Source of the DNA: Lenisia limosa
Lineage: Eukaryota > Protista > Breviatea
DNA length: 19,458 nucleotides
Reading direction: 5' to 3'
Assembly (NCBI GenBank): GCA_001655205.1
Contig: LPNZ01006843.1
Coordinates: 17,460-36,917, forward strand
Part shown: positions 1 through 9,893 of the stretch, in pieces
Numbering within the stretch: position 1 is the stretch's first letter
Layout: every line of letters begins with the position of its first letter
Program-made: the position numbers and the translations under genes
Notes under the pieces: model-generated
Told to the model about the DNA's origin: nothing
The model's database searches: none
The model's input: the letters and a program-made list of their open reading frames with translations, nothing else

Positions 1-83
1 CTCATAAGAGATATTGTATTATAGTATAATAATAATATCAATTAATTCACCCGATCATTTGCCTTACAAATCTGTGTACACAG

Positions 84-712
84 CTTTGTTGGTACGGTGT
101 GTCATTGTATACCTGTATACCCATGGAATGGGGTTTTCGGTATCATTTTAAAATGACTTTTTTTTCTTTTCTAGTAGTATAGCTATATAATATATCATAT
201 ATGATATATTACTACTAGTAAATATAGTTCAATTTTATTCAAAATGGGGTCGATGAAACAAACCTCGTATCTGTAACCTCTGGGTTGTGGTAATGGTTTA
301 GTCTGATGGAGAGCCGCAGTACTCCAAAGAGCCACTGAATTCCAAAACCTCCAAGAAGAAAGCTGGTAAGCCGGTCTGCCCTTGTTCACCTTTCAGCACT
401 CATCAAAATGAAGAAGCAAATCTCTATCCAAAAAGCGGCATCAGTTGACAAAAGTGAGTTTTGCTGCTTTCCAATGTCATGCTCCTTTAGGTTGTGAAGA
501 TGAACCGGTCAAAAAGTGCGAAAAATGTGGAAAATCCCCTCCAAAACTGAAAATTTGCAGCAGATGCTTGTTGGGGAGGGGGTCATATGGCATTATGTTC
601 TCTTTGTGAATGAAAACCATGAGGCTCATGTTATAGGAATACAAGATACTGTTCAGCTGAGTGTCAGAAGAATGACTAAAGTGACTACAAACGTAAATGT
701 AAAAAATCCTAG
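84..712 (+). pseudogene. 3' part of a zf-MYND zinc-finger gene with an in-frame premature stop (pseudogene or recoded gene); 5' end probably lies outside the window
   Basis: Exons 84-139, 228-266, 302-365, 397-453, 491-569 and 637-712 splice at GT-AG sites in frame to ...KKCEKCGKSPPKLKICSRCLNTRYCSAECQKND*SDYKRKCKKS*. This fits MYND spacing Cx2C...Cx2Cx4YCx3Cx7(H)x3C. TAA 677-679 replaces the conserved W and TAC 686-688 replaces the H ligand. Confidence 0.8.
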
Positions 713-917
713 TTATGGTAATTCATTGGTAAAAAAGGTATTCAAATGCATGGTGTCTAGATTCCATCAGCAAAAATCACATTATCAAATAGTTGGTCAA
801 TTCTCAGGTTGTTCCAAAAACGGGCACTCCAAAAGGGGTCGGTATTCGGGTTCGTTTTCTACTGAACAGCAATCTCTCAGAAATCTGAAATATCAAATTA
901 CATCAGTTCATAAAGGT

Positions 918-2875
918 CTACCTTTTTAATCCCTCCGTCATTTCAGGAGGGAAGTTGGGAAGAGGGCAAACATGTTTCCTGACCCGACCAATATCCACAC
1001 TAATTCAGTCATATGCTGGCCTGCAGTAAGCCTACTTATATTGATCATTGAAGTGAAGGAATAGAGGAAGGGAGTCCTTGGCAATAGCGCCCTGAAAATT
1101 CAGTGATCTAGGCAGTAACCTACCTTTTCCTTGTCTTTGCTGTTGTCGCATAGCCAGACCGAATCAGCACGTGAAGCTATCTGAAGCGTAATATTGACAT
1201 CGCACATTTATACCGATTCAAAGTTGTTTTGAGAAGCCTCACTGATAGAACGAATCACTGCATGGGGTATATACCTGATGTCTGTTAAAAATTCAGAAGA
1301 GCACGGGTTATTGATTCAAACCCGCAACATTGTAATTGCTTGATTCAATTGTAATTACTTGTCCAGGATTGATTTATCTAACCTGTAGTTTTTTTGAGCT
1401 CTAGCGTCAGCACGAGCACATAACTTGTCAACAGGCACCCATGGGTAAAAGACCCATGTTTCATAGCCTAGCTGGACAAATTAGCGAGTAACCAAATACC
1501 ATCTATGATAGACAAGTTAATGTGAAAGCATAATTATATCCCTTTACCTCCTTCACATGTCTGATAATATAAGTACACCAGGAAATATTGGCTCCCGTAG
1601 CCTCCATAATCATGTTGTATTTCTGCCTTGCTAAAAATATGAATGTCTTAGTTAAGCTGCACAACGTATGTTGCTTCGAAAAAAGATGATTACTTTTCCC
1701 ACCAGCCACTTCGAGCATCAGTTCCGAGAGGACATCAGCTGACTTCCGACAAGTGGAGTAGAGCCTTTGAATGGCTGCAGTGATCTGCAAATTATAAAGG
1801 ATGATATGAAGTATTTCGCTTTAGTCTAAAAAGACTAATGTACCCAGATACTCCTTGTATTCCGTATCGGACTTGCTACTTCAAAAATTCCTCGATAATA
1901 CATGGGAAATAGACCAAGGAAATCTGGCTGAAGCCGTCCACACCATCACACCAAAAAGATATTTCACCCAATCATTTGCCTTACGATCTATAGATATTTT
2001 ATTAAGTCACATCATTTGCCTTACAGATATATACTAGATCAGATGTTTTACAGGTAATTTTGAACTTAATTGGGCTGTTGTTGCTTGTCCCCCCTTACCT
2101 CGGTGCAATCCACATCCTCATTCTCTGCGAATTGTAAAATTTCAGCACTTCGCTCCTGGAACATCGGTTCTTTTTCAATGATTTCGTCAATGAGAATGCG
2201 AACAAAATTCTGAGGGTCCATGCCTTGTCTTCGAATGATTTCATCTGATACAGCTGAAAAGTAAGGAGGGGGGGGGGGGNNNNNNNNNNNNNNNNNNNNN
2301 NNNNNNNNNNNNNNNNNNNNNNNNNNCTGAAAGCCAATCGAATCCCAAATGTACGATTGAATAGAAATAGAGAATAGGAAAATTATTAACCCAATTGATC
2401 TGGCGAAAAGAATCAACCCGTCTCACATGTTTTTCCACTTCCGGGTGGGCCATAAGCTAGTATGAACACGGGTCGGACAGGCTATTCGGATTTAGACATA
2501 TTTGAATGCAGAATAATTAGGTTTTCCCCATAATTCCAAAATTAGCCCCTCACTTTGACTCCTTTAAACCAAGTAGCCTTCAAACATTGGAATTTCTAAT
2601 GAATAAAAAAAGGATATGGTTGAATTACTGAACACGGAAACACAAAGATGCTAAAGTGGGAATCGCAAACTTTCGCGAATTGGACAGTATTGTCGAATTG
2701 AGAAAGGTCCAAAAGGCTATCGGGAAGTGGTGTACGTGGGGGTGTAGGAGGGTTCCTAGAATTGACTGATTTGGCCTTCGGTTCCAGAACTACAGGTGGC
2801 TCATCCACTGTTGGGTCATTTCGGGGGGTTGCGAGAAATGAGTAAATAAATAAATGGAATTGCCAGTTTACCCAT
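918..2875 (-). CDS. Zeta-toxin-like P-loop kinase (Zeta_toxin/AAA_33-type fold), multi-exon
   Basis: Spliced translation gives RPVFILAYGPPGSGKT (Walker A, 2451-2428), SVSDEIIRRQGMDPQNFVRILIDEII, RQKYNMIMEATG (about 1620-1594), LGYETWVFYPWVPVDKLCARADARAQKNYRYIP and DSVWLCDNS. This is the motif order of zeta-toxin-family kinases. Proposed start ATG at 2875 (ATG G|gtaaac) and stop TAG at 918-920. Exons between 2098 and 1800 are ambiguous, and one intron contains an N-gap. Confidence 0.75.
2280..2326. other. Assembly gap (47 N) next to a poly-G run
   Basis: N run directly after a G homopolymer. Confidence 0.99.
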
Positions 2876-2944
2876 GCAACATCAACTTTTTAATACGTGG
2901 TATTCAGGGATATATTTAACATAATTTGAAAGTAGAATAATTAA

Positions 2945-3113
2945 CAAAGTCAAAAGAACAACGGGTGAAGTCAACTCTAGCTACCATCAAAGTCAAAAGA
3001 ACAACATGTGAAGTCAACTCTAGCTACCATCAAAGTCAAAAGAACAACATGTGAAGTCAACTCAAGCTACCATCAAAGTCAAAAGAACAATATGTGAAGT
3101 CAACTCTAGCTAC
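2945..3113. repeat. Tandem minisatellite, 43-bp unit x about 3.9 (CAAAGTCAAAAGAACAACATGTGAAGTCAACTCTAGCTACCAT)
   Basis: Units start at 2945, 2988, 3031 and 3074. They are head-to-tail with no spacers and differ from the consensus by at most 2 substitutions. Confidence 0.97.
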
Positions 3114-3213
3114 AAATTCCATCCCCCCCCCCCAACTTTTGTTTAATCTTTCCTCTTCTTCTTCTTTGTTGTAGATTTAAATTTATAATCCACTATTTAT
3201 CTAGCACCACCTA

Positions 3214-3386
3214 GTTCCCGTGGCCCGGGGCTACCCTTTCAGTAAGAAAGTAACACGGGCCGGATTAAACCTAGAGCTGGGAACCCGAAATACTCCCAAG
3301 GCCCACCAGGGATCCGGGGTACAGAATGGAGTCAATATGCCTCGCCAAGGATTGCGACAGCGCCACTTAAGGGATAAGCCATTTTT
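3214..3386 (+). ncRNA. Candidate structured non-coding RNA of unknown family
   Basis: GC-rich island in AT-rich intergenic DNA. Nested helices: GTTCCC 3214-19/GGGAAC 3279-84, GGCCCG 3222-27/CGGGCC 3256-61, CTTTC/GAAAG, ACTCC 3292-96/GGAGT 3328-32, TCGC/GCGA. Ends in TTTTT (3382-86). No family recognised. Confidence 0.3.
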
Positions 3387-3459
3387 CGTTCCATCGTCTC
3401 CTTTTGGGATTACTTCATGCTTATACTTCATTATTAGTTACTATTAGAAGTTTATCATA

Positions 3460-5984
3460 ATGGTTGCTAAGCCGAAGCGGATTAGTCCCCATGAATTGAG
3501 AGAATGCAAGAACGACAAGCATTCCCAATGGTTTGTCAATAATTATCATGTTATAAAACACAAAATATGAACATTTTATGAAGTTGTATGGCAGATTTAC
3601 TTCTTCCCTTGAGGTGAGCTCTGACAACTAAGGTGGGGAACTCCAAGCCTTCTTCCTGCAGCCACTGAGTTCTACATCACATCAAGTAGATGCAAGAAGT
3701 GTATCAGGGAAATGGCAAAGCGAAAAGACAGGGTTGGTTCCGTCTTTTCATTTTCCCCTTGTATGACAAATGTCGAGTATAATACAATTGTACTTTTCTT
3801 CTTAACGTGATTTTGGTCTGTTATATTTTTTTCATCAAATAATGTCTTACATTTTAGGGGATAGGAGATATTAACGATGATGGAGTGGTGATTCCTCTGG
3901 AAGAAATTCAAGAGTTCCTTGACGTAGGTATCAAGTCTCTCATTTTCAAGTACATTTGTATTCTATTCTAAATCCGCAGCAAAAGCGAAAGAATCGCCAG
4001 CAAAACTTACGAGCTGCACCGACATCGACTCTCAAAGCTGTGGCGCCGCAGCAACGCCGGTGGGTTGAGTAGTCTATTGAGTGCAAGATTGAGCGTCTTG
4101 GGCATGTTTATTAATACCTTACCATATAAAGGGCTATGTAAAGTATATTATAAATCATCAAACCGTTTTATCATGAGGCTCGCATGTTACGGATTAGTGT
4201 GCGAGTTGCAGGACTGCCTTCTGCGACCCTCCCTCCACCACCGACACCCACCACCACCACTCTCGACCTCCTCAAGCCCCCCACTCAATGTGTCCGATGC
4301 CAGCTTGGTGGCTCTTTGCTCGTCTGTCATGGACCCTGTGCAAGAGCCTACCATCCTAATTGCATTGGTTAGCTCTCCTGGACTTTTGATTCGTTATCTC
4401 ATTTGGTAACATTTGGGCTCAATGTATTTAGATCTCACAGAGCACTCTATTGCTGATTGGATTTGTCACGATTGTCTCAATCCCGAGTCACCACCTTTAG
4501 CAAAAGTTGGCTTTGCTTGGACTTTTTAACATTATATGTTTTTTTTCATTCTTCGCTGTTTTATTCTTGATGCTCCAGCTTGCACCTGAAAAGACCCAAA
4601 AAGGCGTAAAAGAGTTCGAAGACTTTAAAGTAGGGTAACAGTGCAAGAGTGTTTTCACAGCTTGTACTACCTTGTTGGATTATTTGTTACATTTAGGTTA
4701 CCTGGGATCCCGAAAGGAAGCAATACTACTACAAAACCACAGCCCCGACAACTGAGTCGTCTATCCTTGTCCTGAATGTTGATGATGAAGTGGGTCATTT
4801 GAGCAACTCTCACACAGTTTTGAAACCTTGTTTTTTTGACATTTCAGACAGTGACTCGATATGTTCGGCCGAGCCCTGCTACACGTATTCTCAAAAACTC
4901 TGACATTACAAAGCTCCAGGTAGGTACAAAGGAGTGACAAAGTTCTTTATTTTTAAGACGCATGACAAACTCGATCCAATTTGGGGTCACGTTCCTGGCC
5001 CACGCACTGTCATAAAGCCCCCTCCCCCTCCTTCAGTCAAAATGGTAGGCTTCGTCTTCTCAACACGGTGGTGTCGGTTGCAACTTGTAACACCCCTCAG
5101 GCCCCTCAGGCCGCATTTTCATCACCTCTGCCCACGCCCACCGCTACGCCACTCATGCGTGCGGCTTCTGTTGGCGTGTCTCCAAATATTCAGATTCCCT
5201 ATCAGGCCGGTTTGTTAGGATTGTGTGATTCAAAATTGGATTGGCTTACAATGATAAAATATATGTAGTGTGAAATATTTACACATCAAAAAGCTGGCTG
5301 GTTTTGACAGCTGCACTTCATTGCAAAAATCTAATCCATATCAACTTTTTGATTTCATCTGTGCAACACACCTCACACTTTCCAGCTTCCACTTTCCAGT
5401 ACATGAAAAATGCGAACTTTGGTTCTGCTCTTGTCAACCCTGGCAACATCGCACACACTCCATCTCCTGGTATGTTCAGCTGTACTCTTAAACAAAAGAA
5501 AACCATTTTTGTTTTATGGAGATGAGTTGTTATTTTGGATATAAAGGAAACTGAAATGCTCTGTAGGACTATTTCAGCGGAAACGGGGGCGTCCCGCTGG
5601 CAGTAAGAAAATCCTCAGTGGCTCTCCAAGACCTCAGTCTCAGTCGTCACCAAAGCCCAGTAAATACACACCTAATGGTTTGCTTGGTTGTCACGTTCTC
5701 CTTACCTACCCAATGGACTGACATAAAATCTGTGTGAAGAGCTGAAAGAAAGGGTGGGTGTTACTGCTTTCGATATCGGAAGGTGGCCAGGTGGACGGCT
5801 TTGTTTAGAGCCAGAGATAAACTCTCTTCTCATACATATATCTCATCCAAAATTAGGCAGGCCGCGGGGAAGGCCAAGGAAAGACACACGACTGGCTTCT
5901 TATGTTGTCACCCCGAGGTCTTCACCACAGTCTGAACCAATTCAGTCGTCTCAGCAACTTCAGATACCAATCCATAACTTCTAG
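3460..5984 (+). CDS. PHD-finger and AT-hook chromatin protein, multi-exon
   Basis: C4HC3 PHD finger CVRCQLGGSLLVCHGPCARAYHPNCI|DLTEHSIADWICHDC (4289-4475, split by an intron). AT-hooks KRGRP (about 5581) and GRPRGRPRK (about 5857). Pro/Thr-rich linkers. Most exons join in frame at GT-AG sites; the start (3460), exons near 5210-5400 and the stop are less certain. Confidence 0.8.
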
Positions 5985-6099
5985 TCTGTTGTTTCAGTTT
6001 TCTTTCGTGATACTGTGTTGATGTATCTAGCTCTTGTCAAGAGGACATTTGTTATTATGATCACATTGTTATTTTTACACATTATTTTCAGCTTCCACA

Positions 6100-6116
6100 T
6101 TTCCCGCTTTCCCGCG
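6100..6116 (+). promoter_or_regulatory. Tandem E2F-like sites (TTTCCCGC-TTTCCCGCG)
   Basis: Two adjacent matches to the TTTSSCGC consensus about 150 bp upstream of the proposed ATG at 6268. Confidence 0.35.
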
Positions 6117-6267
6117 CCGTCTTTTTTCCTTCCCGAAAAAAAAAACGCCGCTAGCTGTTCCCAAGCTGTTCCACATATCATTGAGTATATTATATATATC
6201 TCTCATTGAAGTGTTCAATAAGACTCTGTGAGAAGACTAGTTTGACCTTGGAACAGACAAACTCATC

Positions 6268-9200
6268 ATGTTGACTTGCCTCGTGGAAGTGGCATCTGAT
6301 CCTTCTAACAGCCTTGTTATCACTCAAGTTAGGCCTCAAAACAATTTTAGCACCAGTAGGCAAGGAGAAGGCTTTCTAGTTACAAGTCATCCCGTTTTCT
6401 TCCTCCACTTGTCGTTTCTTTCAACCTCTTGTGTTTTAATGCTTCAAATAAGTACAAATAAAGCTTTTCTTCAAGCTGAATCGTTCTTATTAACACTTCT
6501 AACCTCTTCCTTTTCTGTCGAATCAGTCTCATTGTTCCAGCTCTCATTTTAACTCTGGTATGTTTGACCTTACTATTCTAGATCATGACTACTCATCTTT
6601 CATGGATCATATTTCAAAGGAGACAGAAATCAGCCTGAACAACCTTGTATGTGACACTATTCTATGTTCATCTTTTGGGAGGGTAGGCCTATTAGTTACT
6701 ATTCCTTGCAGACCGTCACTTGGGGTGGCAACTGTGTTAACAGACATGCATTAGTCCAAGCATTCAACTCCGACACTTCTCCAGTTTTCAGATGCTACGA
6801 CATGAACCATGCTAAGTGTTAGTGGGGTTTTATGAGGGGTGTGAAGCGTTCTTTACTCCTTTGCAAGTGCTCTTTCTGTTTTAGTTTTATTATTACAGTC
6901 ACCTCGTCATCTCTTTGCAAGCAATCCCCTCAGTTTAAAAAAAGGGAACTAAACAGAGAAGAAGAGAGGGAAGAAGAAATTGAGAAGGAAGGGGAAGAAA
7001 TTGAAGAAAAGAATGTACAAGTTGTGGAAGAGAAAGAAAACGAGAAGGTACTAGAGGAGGAGGAGAATGAAAGGGAAGGAGTGGAAGAAGCACAGGAGGA
7101 GAAGAAGGAAGAAATTGTTCAAGAGAAGGAAGAAGAGAAGGAGGAAGAAATGAAAGAAGAGAAGGAGGAAGAAATGAAAGAGAAGGAAGAAGAAATTGAA
7201 GAGAAGGAGGAAGAAGTGGAAGAGAAGGATGAAGAAGTGGAAGAGAAGGAAGAAAAGGAACAAGAAATTGTTGAAGAGAAGGAGGTTGTTGAGGAGGGGG
7301 AAGAGAAAGTGGAGGAAAAAGAGAACGATGAAAATGAGGAGGATGAAGAAGAAATTGAAGCAATCAAAGAAGAATTAGAGACGTTTGTTCAGGATGTTGT
7401 TGTTGAAGTGGTCGTACAGCAGCCAAAGAGCCGTGAAAATGGGGATGTTGCTCAACCAAAAAAGAAGTACTCTAAAAGCAATGGCGAACCCAGACAGCCC
7501 CGCGCTAGTGAAGTTCTGTTGAGCTTTTTGTCTGAGGACAAAGAGACTATCTTCATGAATGTAGGCTACATCACCAATTTTTGAAGGCTGATTTCGCCCA
7601 AGCAAACTTTTAACAAAACTAGGTTTCAAAGAAGGACAGCATCTTCTCTGTTCTTCATGCTTTCTCTTGCAAACGTGAGAAGGGACCTTCGTTTGGTTGA
7701 TTAACTTATTCAGATTTCCCTGGTCAAACTCTTCGCTTCAAATCTGAAACTACCGTCAAGTACCAGGTAAGATCCGACATATTACGTCCAGTTGGCGCCT
7801 TCCACCCCTCCTCCATAACCTTTTCCAGGAGCCCGTCCAGAACCTCAAGAAGACTTCGATCTCCATTTTCAGCGTGTCCAACTTGTCCAACGAGGTTGAC
7901 GAAAAGGCCCTTAGTGCTGACCTTTCAAGCCTTCTCGAGGTTGCCCTGGCTGGTGATGACAGGCTGAAGAAGGTATGTTGCCACTGCGACAATGACTAAT
8001 AAATAATGTGATGCCTATTGTTTTTGGACTAAAGCAGGCCAGTGACTTTTCAGGTTATTGAGGGCTGCATTCCCAAGGTCTTCGACTCTCTAATGACCCA
8101 ATCTGTCCTTCCCGAGATCCTGGTTGGCTCAGAGTATAGTCACTGCAGTTGAAACAGCAACTACACGTTTCTATTCTCCTTACCAGTTTAGATCACTGGC
8201 GAGGGATTTTGCGAGGAAACTCACCATGCTCTTGTTAAATACAACCCCGAGATATTTTCTATCAAGGAGGTGAGCTGATTGCAAAAAGAGGTTTATTATC
8301 AGCCATTTTACGATGATACAGACTAAGTATTCTTGAATTAGTCAATTGTTGATCATTCTAGCAACTTGATACGGTGAAGTACTTCTCAACACAGAACAAA
8401 CCTGATGATCTTGTTTCCAAAATGGTGAAAGCAATCCCGAGAAGAGTTTGGGGGGCGGAGCGGGGGAAGAGTCTTGAATTAAGTTTCTGAGTGTGTACTG
8501 ACTTTTGTAGTTCAACAGAAACCTCTCCGAAATTGCGCTATTCTCACTCAAAAATGATAACCTGCCTTTCATGGCCATGATCATGAACCATGGAGTTGAG
8601 TTCTGTGACCAAGACAAAAAAGTTGGTTGTTTTGCGTGTGCTACATATATTCAACAAATACTATGATAGATAAGTTCAAAAACACTTTGTAGAATAGCTT
8701 TGAATCATTTCCTTTTCAGGCATACGACAACGCAGACGAGTTTTGGAAGTTGCTTCTCAAGCAAGAATCTACCAATTTCCCCAAATACTTTATCTGGAGA
8801 GGGTTCAAGAGAGGCCAAGTTGACCTCCTCTTCTTGGTAGGGATATTTTTTGCGTTTGCAAATTTGAACAACTTTCCTTGCAGTTTTTACTTGTTGTAGA
8901 GTTCATGGTATAACAAGACTAAAGATGAGAGGTTTGGACTGAAGATTGTTGAAAGCTGCACCCCATCCCACCAAGTAAGCTCCCCTTTGTCTTACTCATT
9001 TTGGTCACCACCTCCTTATGCAGTAGATGATGATGCATCTTGCTTGCAAGTACTCGCATACCAACATCGTGAAGTACCTTCTTGAAAAGGCTCAAATTGA
9101 CGTCAACATCAACAACAGCGTTGGAGGGCAGATAACTACTATGATAACTTGTGATTGACTCCCTTCTTGTTCCTTGGGCTGGTATTACCGATCCCGTCTG

Positions 9201-9851
9201 ACTCCTCAAGGGTGGTGTTCCTCCCCTTCAAATGGCGGTTGACGCTGGCAACTATCGTATGATCCAACTTCTTCTCGATAACGGGGCTTCCATCAGAGAA
9301 TCAGTTGGTGCTCTTCTGTTAGACTCGTCTAACCTGTTCAGAGAGGAATTTGCCTGATCTTGGACAAAGTAGTGAAGGAGCAAGCTGAAGCGATGAAAGA
9401 GTACCTCTTGAGCGTCTGCAAAACCCGTGATGATACTAACGCGGTTGGCTGGGTGGTGCTACTAATGCAAATTCTAATCTCTAGGATGAAATGGAAGCAC
9501 TTTCAATTGAAATCGAAGAAAGAGACTCGAGAATGATCAAGAAACTGGAGTCGCTGGCCTTCAAGTTGAAAGTGGTAAGCTCTCTTTCCTTGTTCTTCTG
9601 TATTGGAAAGGATTGGCTCCGATAACACTTTTCAGAGAGATATGAAGTCAACTCGTGCCACATACAAAACTATCACGGTGGACCTCCTGAAGGCTCTTGG
9701 TGCTGAGCTCAACCAGGCCTATCTTGAATCTCCTCCAACCAAGAGAGCCGATAAACGCCTTGTCAAGGTGTTTTAGCTGGTTTACCTAGTTGCATATTCC
9801 ACAATTTTGAATATTTAGTTTTGTTTGGTGATGAAGAGAGTTGTATTCTAA
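6268..9851 (+). CDS. Multi-exon protein: N-terminal small domain, long Glu-rich tract, ubiquitin-like segment, ankyrin repeats, helical C-terminus
   Basis: Ankyrin repeats MHLACKYSHTNIVKYLLEKAQIDVN (about 9033-9110) and PPLQMAVDAGNYRMIQLLLDNGAS (about 9220-9290). Ubl-like IFMNVSKKDSIFSVLHAFSCK. Successive GT-AG exons are in frame. The stop is either TAG near 9776 or TAA 9849-51, and some internal exons (8270-8350) are uncertain. Confidence 0.7.
6955..7370 (+). repeat. Purine-rich low-complexity GAA/GAG tract encoding a Glu/Lys-rich region
   Basis: Almost entirely purine on the + strand; degenerate repeats of EEKEEE(M/V)(K/E). Confidence 0.9.
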
Positions 9852-9893
9852 AGTACCATATACGACAAGGGGAAAGAAAGGGTAGAAGAGAAT

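Noticed and set aside
677-679. Non-standard genetic code (TAA read as sense)
   Set aside because: ARC1 ends in TAA, urocanase in TGA and the kinase in TAG, and no other in-frame stops occur in the conserved genes.
516-929. 137-aa plus-strand ORF
   Set aside because: It runs out of frame across MYND exons and introns and into 3' flank; no recognisable protein.
2241-2453. ORF MAHPEVEKH... as the kinase N-terminus
   Set aside because: Wrong frame; the shifted frame carries the Walker A motif GPPGSGKT and splices in phase.
2945-3113. CRISPR array
   Set aside because: Units are contiguous with no unique spacers, the context is eukaryotic, and there are no cas genes.
3214-3386. Assigning the island as RNase P/MRP, SRP or U1 RNA
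   Set aside because: The P4-like halves (GAAATACTCC / ACAGAATGGAGT) are only about 25 nt apart, there is no SRP helix-8 AGG/AGC loop, and there is no ACTTACCTG 5' end despite a weak U1 SL2-like stretch on minus.
3971-3980. AATCCGCAGC, matching the group I intron Q element
   Set aside because: It is the branch/acceptor end of a spliceosomal intron in the PHD gene; no P, R or S elements are nearby.
6935-7378. Overlapping minus-strand and +1 ORFs (Leu/Pro-, Phe-, Ser- and Lys/Arg-rich)
   Set aside because: Stop-poor shadow frames of the GAA/GAG low-complexity tract.
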